DNA of 45,929 nt. It comes from Chloroflexota bacterium. GTDB taxonomy: Bacteria > Chloroflexota > Chloroflexia > QHBQ01. Location: the NCBI GenBank assembly GCA_043754535.1, contig JAYUUN010000045.1, positions 1-45,929 of the forward strand, given 5' to 3'. Both the position numbers and the translations under genes were made by a program. The notes below the pieces were generated by a model, which was not told where the DNA came from, searched no databases, and worked only from the letters and a program-made list of their open reading frames with translations. Of this stretch, positions 1-9,344 are shown in pieces; within the stretch, counting starts at the first letter, position 1; each line of letters opens with the position of its first letter.

Positions 1-1722
1 AGCTTCATCAATCACCGCCAGCAGACGCGGGAATTGCGCCTGTTCTTCCACTATGCGATCAACCTCTACGGCTCAGACATTGGCGACACCGTCTACTACG
101 CGCCCAAACTGAACGCGATGATCGCCTATCGTGGCCGCCGCTATCTGCTGTTCAACGGGCAGGTAGGCGAGCGGGTCGGCCTCAACGGCTATGCGGCAGG
201 CCAGAAGTCGAACGGGGCCGAGGGAACGTGGCGCGACGCAGAGGACGGCTACCTCAGCGGCAACCCGATCACCCAGGGTTCGGTGGATTGTACTGTCAGC
301 CTGCACGCCAGCCTGCCCGACGCTGGCAACGCGACGATCAGCCATTGGATGGCCGTCGGCAAGTCGTTCTCCGAGGTCAAGCAGCTTGATGCTGCCACGC
401 GCAAGCTGGGGGTGGGCGGCATTCTTGACCGTACCACTGCCTACTGGCGACGCTGGTCGAAGCGCAGCGACACCGAGGCGGTGATCAGCAAGTGCGACCT
501 TTCTGCGCCAGTCAGCAACCTCTACCGCCGCAGCTTGCTGATCCTCCGCACCCAGATCGACAATCGTGGGGCGATCCTGGCCGCTAATGATAGTGACAAC
601 ATGAACTTCAATCGTGACACCTACTCCTACGTCTGGCCGCGTGACGGCGCACTGATTGCGATGGCGGTGGACAGCGCAGGCTACCCCGACCTCGCCCGCC
701 GCTTCTTCGAGTTCTGCGCCCGCACGATCACCGAAGACGGCTATCTGCTGCACAAGTATAGCCCCGATGGTAGCTTCGGCTCCTCCTGGCACCCTTGGAT
801 CGGTGCGCATGGGGACGCGCAACTGCCGATCCAGGAGGATGAAACCGCCCTGGTGCTACACGCCCTCTGGAAGCACTACCAGCAGTATACCGACCTGGAG
901 TTCATTACCAGCCTCTACAGCAGCTTCATCAAGCGGGCTGCGGACTGGATGGTGAGCTACCGCGACAAGGCGACGGGGCTGCCTGCCCCCACCTACGACC
1001 TGTGGGAGGAGCGGCGCGGTATTTGGAGCTTCACCGTAGCGGCGACCTGGGCTGGATTGACGGCAGCGGCAGGCTTTGCCGAAATCTTTGGCGAGCGTAA
1101 GGCAGCGGCCCAATACGCCCAGGCCGCCAACGAGATCAAGGAGGCTGCCCTCAAGCACCTGTGGGATGCTGGTAACAACCGCTTCCTGCGCGGCCTATGC
1201 GCCACCGCAGAGGGCGAGTTGGTGGCTGATGCGAACATTGATAGCAGCATCTACGGCCTGTTCTACTTCGGGATGCTCGATGCCAGCAACCCGCAGGTGG
1301 TCAGCACGATGGAGGCGATCCGCCGCCGCCTGTGGGCCAAGACCGAGGTTGGTGGCTCTGCTCGCTACGAGAACGACTACTTTCATCGGGTCAGCGACGA
1401 TATTCAAAACGTCCCTGGCAACCCCTGGTTTATCTGCACCATGTGGCAGGCTCAGTGGCACATAGCCCGCGCTCGCCGCCTGACCGACCTTGCCCCCGCC
1501 AAGGAGATCTTGCAGTGGGTCGCCAGCCACGCTGCCCCCAGCGGGGTAATGGCCGAGCAACTCAACCCCTACAGCGGCCAGCCGATGAGCGTCGCTCCCC
1601 TAACCTGGACGCATGGCACGGTGGTGGCCGCCACCCTGGAGTACGCCCGCAAGTACCAGGAGCTAGCAACAGCCGCCAGCAGCAAGTCGCTGCCCTACCC
1701 CGCCGATGGGTTGCCGCACTGA
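1..1722 (+). CDS. Glycoside hydrolase family 15 (glucoamylase-like), 5'-truncated by the window edge
   Basis: Frame is open from base 1. GH15 motifs YSYVWPRDG, YDLWEE (general acid) and GVMAEQ (general base) are present. Confidence 0.9.
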   Translation, partial: SFINHRQQTRELRLFFHYAINLYGSDIGDTVYYAPKLNAMIAYRGRRYLLFNGQVGERVGLNGYAAGQKSNGAEGTWRDAEDGYLSGNPITQGSVDCTVSLHASLPDAGNATISHWMAVGKSFSEVKQLDAATRKLGVGGILDRTTAYWRRWSKRSDTEAVISKCDLSAPVSNLYRRSLLILRTQIDNRGAILAANDSDNMNFNRDTYSYVWPRDGALIAMAVDSAGYPDLARRFFEFCARTITEDGYLLHKYSPDGSFGSSWHPWIGAHGDAQLPIQEDETALVLHALWKHYQQYTDLEFITSLYSSFIKRAADWMVSYRDKATGLPAPTYDLWEERRGIWSFTVAATWAGLTAAAGFAEIFGERKAAAQYAQAANEIKEAALKHLWDAGNNRFLRGLCATAEGELVADANIDSSIYGLFYFGMLDASNPQVVSTMEAIRRRLWAKTEVGGSARYENDYFHRVSDDIQNVPGNPWFICTMWQAQWHIARARRLTDLAPAKEILQWVASHAAPSGVMAEQLNPYSGQPMSVAPLTWTHGTVVAATLEYARKYQELATAASSKSLPYPADGLPH

Positions 1723-2003
1723 GGGAACCAACTACTCGCGTGCAATGTTGATACTGCTAGCCATGTTGACAGAAGCAGGTTTACCACCTTGACTTCAGCG
1801 CGGAGGGTAGAGTAGTGGTCAAAGGTAAGGTTTTGACAGCAGCGACCGTGGCAGCCGCTCACCCTGGAGTGCTAGAATGGCTGGTTGTTCCCGCTCCCCT
1901 CATCTTCCCTGCGCCACGAAACTTCTTGCGGATTGGTTCGTTATGCTACTGAGCGTGAAAGTACGCAACTGAAGTTTTGATTATCAAAGACCAGGAGATG
2001 AAG

Positions 2004-3392
2004 ATGAACAAGCGAATCATTAGCCTTGCCCTAGCCCTTGCTCTCATGTTGGCAGCCTTGCCCCTGTTGGCGGGCAGCAGCAGCGCGCAGACCGACCCCT
2101 TCCAGGCGGTAGCCGACCGCCCCGACCTGCCAGTACGTAATGGCATCGTCAGCCGCGGCTGGGTCTGGGGCAACCGCATCAGCGGGATTGCCTTCGAGCC
2201 TTATGCCGAGGGCCAGAATGGTCAGCGGCGCGTCGTCTATTACGAAAAGAGTCGGATGGAGATCAACAACCCCAACGCCGACCCCAATAGCCAGTTCTAT
2301 ATCAGCAACGGCCTGCTGGTGCGCGAGATGATCGAGGGGCGCATCCAGATCGGCAACAACAGCTTCCAGCCCTACACCCCTGCCAACATCACGCTCGCGG
2401 GCGACTTCCCTAACGGCTTCAATCCTAACACGCCTACCTTCGCCAGCCTGGCTACCGTGCTGGGCCGCAGCAACGTGCGCGTAGGTCAGGATGTGAGCGA
2501 GACCTATGGGCGTAGCGGCGTGATTGGGGCAGATAGCACGAAGGTAGGGTTGGCGAAGCTCAAGGTCTTCTACACCCAGACCGGCCACAATATCGCCGAT
2601 CAGTTCTACGACTACCTCAACCAGAGTGGCACCATCTACGAAGGCGGTCGCTACATCAACGGCCCAGTGATCGACGCGATCTACACGGCGGGCTACCCGA
2701 TCAGCGAGCCGTACTGGACTACCATGCGCGTTGGCGGGGTAGACAAGGCAGTTATGTTCCAGGCTTTCGAGCGGCGTATTCTCACCTACACGCCCAGCAA
2801 CTCGGCGGGCTTCCGCGTCGAGATGGGCAATGTGGGCAGCCAGTATTACAACTGGCGGTATGGTGGCGGCCAGCCGACCCCAGCGGACAACTGCACCTTC
2901 GCCCCCGCCCCTACCTTCGCCAACAGCGTCCGCAGCAACCAGACGGTGCGCCAACTGCTCGGCTGCGCCACCGACGCGGGTATTGCTGGCGGCAACGTCA
3001 AGACCGCTTACGAGGACTTCCAGGGCGGTCGGATGCTCTACTTCTACGCGAATGATGGCGACAAGGGTATCTATGTTCTCTACAACGACGGCACCTACCA
3101 GGTCTATGCTGACAGTTGGCGCGAGGGTGATGCGGTGAATAGCGGCCTCACCCCGCCTGGCGGCCTCTACGAACCAATCCGTGGTTTCGGCAAGGTTTGG
3201 CGCGAGGGCGCAGGGGTGCGCCAGCGGCTCGGCTGGGCCAGCAACCAGGAGGTTGGTGGCACCGGCGCACGGCAGGGCTACGCGAAGGGCGCGCTGTTCT
3301 ACACTGGCACTGTAGACAAGGTGATCGCTCTGCTGCCCAGCGGCGGCAACCTCACCACCCCGAATGGCACCTGGGTGCTGCTGAACCGCTAA
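2004..3392 (+). CDS. Secreted hypothetical cell-surface protein with two non-catalytic modules
   Basis: AGGAG at 1993-1997 precedes ATG 2004. Signal peptide MNKRIISLALALALMLAALPLLAGSSSA. Motifs YYEKSRMEI, GYPISEPYW, QAFERRILTY and PIRGFGKVWR recall Chloroflexi secreted proteins. Confidence 0.75.
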   Translation: MNKRIISLALALALMLAALPLLAGSSSAQTDPFQAVADRPDLPVRNGIVSRGWVWGNRISGIAFEPYAEGQNGQRRVVYYEKSRMEINNPNADPNSQFYISNGLLVREMIEGRIQIGNNSFQPYTPANITLAGDFPNGFNPNTPTFASLATVLGRSNVRVGQDVSETYGRSGVIGADSTKVGLAKLKVFYTQTGHNIADQFYDYLNQSGTIYEGGRYINGPVIDAIYTAGYPISEPYWTTMRVGGVDKAVMFQAFERRILTYTPSNSAGFRVEMGNVGSQYYNWRYGGGQPTPADNCTFAPAPTFANSVRSNQTVRQLLGCATDAGIAGGNVKTAYEDFQGGRMLYFYANDGDKGIYVLYNDGTYQVYADSWREGDAVNSGLTPPGGLYEPIRGFGKVWREGAGVRQRLGWASNQEVGGTGARQGYAKGALFYTGTVDKVIALLPSGGNLTTPNGTWVLLNR

Positions 3393-3568
3393 CTTGCAGA
3401 GCCTGGTGCTTCTCTCAAGACTCCCCTTTCTGCCAATGTAGCCCCCACTCTCCTGTTCACGCAGCCGGGTGAGGGCTACGTGATGGTCGCCTACTAGCTG
3501 CCAGCCGCTGCTGCGAGGCGGCTGGTAACGGGCTGCCCTACTTTACTTGAACCGCCCTGGTGCTGTAC

Positions 3569-3597
3569 TTGACTCTGTCGTAGGATTGTGCTAAGAT
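3569..3597 (+). promoter_or_regulatory. Sigma70/SigA-type promoter for the GH13 gene
   Basis: TTGACT-17 nt-TAAGAT with a TG extended -10. Confidence 0.55.
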
Positions 3598-3715
3598 CGC
3601 GCCCGTCCCATTAGTTTGTTCAGTGTTCAAACATACCGCGCCGATGCGGTGTGGCCGCAGGCTGGCGGGGCAATCCGTGCGTTTGGTTTCCCCCTTCGAG
3701 AGAGGAGCAAGGTTC

Positions 3716-6700
3716 ATGGTAGGTTTGATTGGAGGTCTGGCAGAGCGGCGTTACCGGCTGATCAGTACGGTGGCGACCCTGGCTTTGCTGTTGATGACCC
3801 TTTCTGGTTTGGTAACGACCCCTTCGCAGGCGAAGGAACCCTCAGCGGCAGCGCAGCCCGCAAAGTCCGCTGCTCCCCTGTCGGCTAGCTACGTGCGTTG
3901 GGTCGCTCAGACGATCAACGGCGTGGCTCTCAAGTACCCCACCGCCAGCGATATTGTGCGCGTCTGGCTGAACAGCGACGCAAGCGGCGGCGACCTTGCC
4001 TGCGCCGAGTACCACGTGCTTGGCACCACCACCTACACCAAAGTGTGTGGCGTGGCCGATACCAGCTATCCTGGCGCAAACTGGCACCTGGACATCCCCG
4101 CTCAGGCTGCCTTTGCAGGCGTGGAGTACCAGATTTTTACCCGCACCAGCGGCGGCAGCGAGGCTAATTTCAGCGGCTTCCGCTACAGCTACAGCGTGCG
4201 TGGCGCGCAGGACTGGAATATGATCCTGCACGACAGCTTCAGCCCCAGCTACCGCACCCCCTTCGGTGCTGTACCCGCTGGCACCGCTGTCACCCTGACC
4301 ATCCGGGTCAAGGCTAGCGACTACAGCACTGCCACCCTACGTGTCTACTACTCGCGTCACATCGGCCTGCCCGCTGGCATCAATGCTGGCCCCAACGACT
4401 TGCCGATGACCAACGCGGGCAGCCAGAATGGGTACGATTACTGGCAGCTTCGCTACAGCACCCCGCTCACCCAGGTACTGGCCTACTACCGCTTCAAGCT
4501 GGAAGCAGCAGGCGGTATCACCGACTGGTACAACGATAACTACGTCGGCGATAAGGACAACGTGAACAAGGGTGGCGACGGCGTGATCTCCCACCAGGCC
4601 GAGCCGGGCGATGGTGCCTACCTGCTCAGTGTCTCCAAACCGGGCTTCACCACCCCCGACTGGATGAAGGATGCGGTGATCTACCAGATTTTCCCCGACC
4701 GCTTCCGCAATGGCGACCGCTCGAACGATGAACTTGCCAACCTACAAACCTTCTATGGCAACATCCAGAGCTTCCTACACACCCGCTGGAACGAGCCGCC
4801 AGAGGACTTCCGCGACACGGGCTTTGGTGGCCGCGACTTCTTTGGCGGCGACCTGGAGGGGGTGCGCCAGGAACTGCCCTACCTCAAGGCGCGGGGCTTC
4901 AACACGATCTACTTCAACCCGATCTTCGCAGCCCGCAGCAACCACCGCTACGATACTGATAACTACAAGCAGATCGACCCAATCCTGGGCGACAACGCCA
5001 AGTTCCAACAACTGGCGACTGAAGCCTACCAGCAGTACGGCATCCGCATCATCCTCGACGGCGTGTTCAACCACTCCTCCTCGGACGGCCTCTACTTCGA
5101 CCGCTACCATCGCTACGCCACCGTCGGTGCCTGCGAGGCGGCCAACGCCAGCGAGTCGCCCTACTTCAACTGGTTTACCTTCAGTGCTGGTACCCCACCG
5201 ACCACCTGCGCCGCTGGCAACTATCGCGGCTGGTACGGCTTCGACAGCATCCCAGAGATGAACAAGCAAGACCCCACCCTGCGCGACTACCTCTACCGCA
5301 CTGTGGTCAGCGCGACTGGCACCACCACCGCCAACAACGTAACCAAACTGTGGTACAACCTCGGTGCCAGCGGCTGGCGTTACGACGTAGCCGACGATCC
5401 CAGCTTCGGCAACATGTGGACAGACCTGCGCACCTACGCCAAGCAGTACAATCCTGACGGCGTGCTGATCGCCGAACGCTGGCCGTATGCTGCCGACTGG
5501 CTGTTGGGCGACGAACTGGACGGCACGATGAACTATCGCTTCCGCACCAGCGTCCTCGGCTTCGCCCGCTACCCTTACGACTTCACCGACAACGACCTCA
5601 ACGGCGCAGGCACCCTCTACGCCTTTAAGCCCTCGGAGTTCGACCACTCGCTGCGTGCCATCCGCGAGGACTACCCGCTCCCGGCCCAGTACGCCTCGAT
5701 GAACCTGCTCGGCACCCACGACAACACTCGCGTGCTGGAACTGCTGCGCCTGCCTGGGCAGGAAGTGACTGGCACCAACGGTACCGTCAACCCCAACACC
5801 GAGCCGAAGCAACGCCTGCGCCTGGCCGCCGCCTTCCAGTACACCTACCTGGGCGCGCCGACCACCTACTACGGCGACGAGGCGGGCCTCTATGCTGCCG
5901 ACCGCAACGGCGAGGACGACCCCTACAACCGCGCCCCCTTCCCCTGGAGCGACTACGGCACGGGGACGTATGGCCCCTATGATAGCGAACTGGCGAACTA
6001 CTACCAGAAGTTGGGCTACATCCGCAGCCAGCTACCCAGCCTCCGCAGCGGTGACTTCACCACCGTGATTACCGACGATGTGAAGCTGGTCTACGGCTAC
6101 GCCCGTACCAACAACAGCGAGACGGTCGTCACTGTGATGAACAACGGCATGACTGGCACGCAGGTAATCACCGTCCCCCTGGCGGGCCTGCCCAACCTGG
6201 GCAACAGTGTGGCGACGGCTACCCCGTGTAGCCTCAGCTTCAGCGACGTACCGCCGACCAACATCTTCTACGCCGACATCCAGTTCCTGGCCTGTCGGGG
6301 GATCAGCAGCGGTTTCGTTGGCGGCACCTTCCAGCCGAACAGCAACATCCGCCGTGGCGAGTTTGCCAAGCTAGCCGCGATTGGCCTGGGCATCCCCACC
6401 TTCACCCCGACCAGCCCGACCTTCAGCGACGTGCCGCCCAGCAATATCTTCTATGCATACATCGAGGCCGCCGTCCACGCGGGTGTGATCCTTGGTGGGC
6501 CATGTGGCACCGCCAACTGCTTCCGCCCCAACGACTTCATCCGCCGCAGCGAGAGCGCGCTGATCATCGTGCGGGCCAAGCAGTACCCCACCTTCACCCC
6601 GACCAGCCCCACCTTCACCGACGTGCCAAGCAGCTTCTTCGCCTACGCTGCGATTGAGACGCTGGCCCACAACGGTGTCGTCAACGGCGCACCTTGTGGC

Positions 6701-9223
6701 ACCACCGCCTGCTTCTTCCCCAACAGCTTCATCAAGCGGGGGGAGATGGCGAAGGTTCTGCATCGGGCGATTGGCGACGCAATCAACGGCAGCGTCCTCT
6801 ACGACGTGTTGAACGGCAACGCCCAGTACACGATTAGCGGCAACCAGATCGTGATTACCCTGCCTGCCCGTGGCGTGGCGATCCTCAGCAGCCGCCAGGT
6901 CTTCCCCGCGCCAATCAGCACCCCGACCCCGCCCAGCACCGCTACCTTCACCGCCACCCCCAGTGTGACCGGCACCCCGCCAACAGCGACCAACACGCGC
7001 ACGACAGTGCCGACCAACTCGCCGACCGCCAGTGCCACCGCCACTGCCACCCCCAACCCCAACAACGTCGTTAGCCTGGTGACTGGCACCCTGGTGTTGA
7101 GTCAAGACCTGGACATGAGTACTACGGCTGGAGTTGGTTCGCTTAACGCAACGCTGGCTGGGCAAGCCTTTGGCAAGAACGGCTACGTGATCATTGACCG
7201 CAACGGGCCGACCGGCTTCGGGGGTTGCCCTTGCACTCCCGGCCCCAACGCCGCCGACTACTCGACCCTGACCGGCACGCTGTTCAGCGGCGTGCGCTAT
7301 ACGATCACCCGTGGCAGCGGCCTGCAAGCCAACAACCCCGCTCCGCAGAGTGGCGGCAGCATTAAGCTCGACGGCAGCAATCCAATCTACAGCGGCATCT
7401 ACGACAACGGTGACGACCCAGCCAATGGTATCAGCCAGACGCTCGTCATCCAACTGAGCGGCCTACCGACCACCCCCGTCCGCCTGACCGTCCACAACGG
7501 CAACAACCCCGGCAACGGTGGGCGCAGCGGCGTGATGGTCGTCAACAATGGTGGCGCGGACGACCCCGCCGACCGCAGCAACATCAGCGTCGGCGGCGGC
7601 CAGGGTGCTGTCACCCAATGGCTGTTGCAAGGCAGCACTTCGGCCCAGATCATTGAGTACAAGCTGGGGACGAATGGCAATATGCCGGTCAGCGGCTTCT
7701 TCCTAGACGTTGACGCGGCTGGCACTGCCACCAGCACGGCCACGCCCAGCAGCACCGCCACCCCAGGCGGCCCCACCATCACTCCGACAGGCACCGCCAC
7801 CAGCACGCCGACCCGCACCAGCACTGCTACCCCGGTCAGCAACGGCATTACCCTGACCGCCAATCTTGTGCTGACCCAAGACCTCAACCTCAGCAGCGCG
7901 GCTGGCGTGGGTTCGCTCAACGCGCAACTCAACGGCCAGGCGTTTGGCAAGAACGGCTACATCGTCCTCAATCGCAACGGCAGCGGGGCGTTCAATGGCT
8001 GCCCAGCCAACTGCCCTCCAGGGCCGACAATCAGTGACACCACAACCCTGACTGGCACGATCTTCAGCGGCGTGCGCTACACCATCACGCGCGGCAGCGG
8101 CCTCTTTCAGCAGGTGATCACCCAGGCAGGGGCCAGTAGTCGGATCGACAGTGGAGCCTCGGTTGCCAGTGGTCTCTACGACAACGGCGGTGACGGCAAC
8201 AACCAGTCGCTCAAGATTCAACTCAGCGGCCTGCCCAATACTCCCTACCGCCTGACCGTCTTCAACGGCAATAACCCCGGCGGTGGCACACGCAGCGGCA
8301 CAATGGTGATCACCAACACCAGCGGCGTGACCGTGATCGACCCCGCTGACAAGCAGCCCCTTAGCTACCCCGAAGGCGGCGGCACAGTGACTCAGTGGGT
8401 GGTCAACGGCAGCACCGATGTCGCGGTCTTTGAACTGGTAGACGGCAACAGCGGCAACGCCCCCCTCAGCGCGATCCTGTTCGATGCGGGCAGTGGCACC
8501 TTGCCAACTGCTACCTTCACCCCGGCTGGTACCAGCACCTTCACCCCGACCGCCACCGCCACCCCCACCCGCACCAGCACCGCCACCACTGTAGCGGGGT
8601 CGGTCGTCACCCTAACCGCCAGCCTGGTGCTGACCCAAGACCTCAACCTCAGCAGCGCAGCGGGCGTGGGTTCGCTCAACGCACAACTGGGCGGCCAGGC
8701 GTTTGGCAAGAACGGCTACATCGTCCTCAACCGCAACGGCAGCGGGGCGTTCAACGCCTGCCCAGCCAACTGCCCACCGGGGCCAACCGCCCTCGACTAC
8801 TCGAACCTGACTGGCACGTTGTTCAGCACCGTGCGCTACACTATCACCCAGGGTAGCGGCCTGTTCCAGCAGACTGTCACCCAGACGGGAGCTAGCACCC
8901 AGCTTGATGGCGGCCCTGCGGTCGGCAGTGGCCTCTACGACGCAGGTGGTAGCCCCACCTCAGCAATCCAACTGGGCGGCCTACCCACCACCTCGTTCCG
9001 CCTGACCATCTTCACCGTCAACAACCCCGGCAACGGCAGCCGCAGTGGGACGTTTGTCGTCCGCAACGGTGGCCCGAACGACGTGGCGGACGAGCAGGCT
9101 GTTACCGTCGCAGTGGGCGGTGGCTTCGTCACCCAATGGACGCTGGTGGGTAGTAGCACGGCTAGCATCCTGCAACTAAGCGGCAACGTGCCGATCAGCG
9201 CGATCCTGTTCGACCAACCGTAA
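3716..9223 (+). CDS. Secreted multidomain GH13 amylopullulanase/neopullulanase-like protein with three SLH repeats and three C-terminal ~210-aa repeats
   Basis: GAGGAG precedes ATG 3716, followed by a signal peptide. GH13 motifs DAVIYQIFPDRF, GGDLEG, DGVFNH, GWRYDVA, IAERW, LGTHD and YYGDE. SLH repeats FSDVP...RGE at 6227-6772. Thr/Pro linkers. Confidence 0.9.
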   Translation: MVGLIGGLAERRYRLISTVATLALLLMTLSGLVTTPSQAKEPSAAAQPAKSAAPLSASYVRWVAQTINGVALKYPTASDIVRVWLNSDASGGDLACAEYHVLGTTTYTKVCGVADTSYPGANWHLDIPAQAAFAGVEYQIFTRTSGGSEANFSGFRYSYSVRGAQDWNMILHDSFSPSYRTPFGAVPAGTAVTLTIRVKASDYSTATLRVYYSRHIGLPAGINAGPNDLPMTNAGSQNGYDYWQLRYSTPLTQVLAYYRFKLEAAGGITDWYNDNYVGDKDNVNKGGDGVISHQAEPGDGAYLLSVSKPGFTTPDWMKDAVIYQIFPDRFRNGDRSNDELANLQTFYGNIQSFLHTRWNEPPEDFRDTGFGGRDFFGGDLEGVRQELPYLKARGFNTIYFNPIFAARSNHRYDTDNYKQIDPILGDNAKFQQLATEAYQQYGIRIILDGVFNHSSSDGLYFDRYHRYATVGACEAANASESPYFNWFTFSAGTPPTTCAAGNYRGWYGFDSIPEMNKQDPTLRDYLYRTVVSATGTTTANNVTKLWYNLGASGWRYDVADDPSFGNMWTDLRTYAKQYNPDGVLIAERWPYAADWLLGDELDGTMNYRFRTSVLGFARYPYDFTDNDLNGAGTLYAFKPSEFDHSLRAIREDYPLPAQYASMNLLGTHDNTRVLELLRLPGQEVTGTNGTVNPNTEPKQRLRLAAAFQYTYLGAPTTYYGDEAGLYAADRNGEDDPYNRAPFPWSDYGTGTYGPYDSELANYYQKLGYIRSQLPSLRSGDFTTVITDDVKLVYGYARTNNSETVVTVMNNGMTGTQVITVPLAGLPNLGNSVATATPCSLSFSDVPPTNIFYADIQFLACRGISSGFVGGTFQPNSNIRRGEFAKLAAIGLGIPTFTPTSPTFSDVPPSNIFYAYIEAAVHAGVILGGPCGTANCFRPNDFIRRSESALIIVRAKQYPTFTPTSPTFTDVPSSFFAYAAIETLAHNGVVNGAPCGTTACFFPNSFIKRGEMAKVLHRAIGDAINGSVLYDVLNGNAQYTISGNQIVITLPARGVAILSSRQVFPAPISTPTPPSTATFTATPSVTGTPPTATNTRTTVPTNSPTASATATATPNPNNVVSLVTGTLVLSQDLDMSTTAGVGSLNATLAGQAFGKNGYVIIDRNGPTGFGGCPCTPGPNAADYSTLTGTLFSGVRYTITRGSGLQANNPAPQSGGSIKLDGSNPIYSGIYDNGDDPANGISQTLVIQLSGLPTTPVRLTVHNGNNPGNGGRSGVMVVNNGGADDPADRSNISVGGGQGAVTQWLLQGSTSAQIIEYKLGTNGNMPVSGFFLDVDAAGTATSTATPSSTATPGGPTITPTGTATSTPTRTSTATPVSNGITLTANLVLTQDLNLSSAAGVGSLNAQLNGQAFGKNGYIVLNRNGSGAFNGCPANCPPGPTISDTTTLTGTIFSGVRYTITRGSGLFQQVITQAGASSRIDSGASVASGLYDNGGDGNNQSLKIQLSGLPNTPYRLTVFNGNNPGGGTRSGTMVITNTSGVTVIDPADKQPLSYPEGGGTVTQWVVNGSTDVAVFELVDGNSGNAPLSAILFDAGSGTLPTATFTPAGTSTFTPTATATPTRTSTATTVAGSVVTLTASLVLTQDLNLSSAAGVGSLNAQLGGQAFGKNGYIVLNRNGSGAFNACPANCPPGPTALDYSNLTGTLFSTVRYTITQGSGLFQQTVTQTGASTQLDGGPAVGSGLYDAGGSPTSAIQLGGLPTTSFRLTIFTVNNPGNGSRSGTFVVRNGGPNDVADEQAVTVAVGGGFVTQWTLVGSSTASILQLSGNVPISAILFDQP
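7067..9220 (+). repeat. Three tandem ~210-aa intragenic domain repeats (about 7067-7714, 7844-8490, 8603-9220)
   Basis: Each begins LVL[ST]QDL..S..AGVGSLNA.L.GQAFGKNGY and ends P[VLI]S...D. DNA at ~7868-8016 and ~8627-8775 is near-identical. Confidence 0.9.
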
Positions 9224-9245
9224 GCGCATTACCAACAACTCGACT

Positions 9246-9277
9246 GCCCTCCCCTGGTTCGCCGGGGGGGGCTTTTT
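9246..9277 (+). terminator. Intrinsic terminator after the GH13 gene
   Basis: GC-rich stem with a TTCG loop followed by TTTTT. Confidence 0.75.
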
Positions 9278-9344
9278 GGCGCAGGTTCCCTTCGCTCATA
9301 GCCAGCCTGTGCTATAATCCAGCTAACTTGCGAAGGAGGGAAAG

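Noticed and set aside
7067..9220. CRISPR array or DGR template/variable repeat pair
   Set aside because: The repeats are in-frame protein domains, differences are not adenine-specific, and no reverse transcriptase or cas genes are present.
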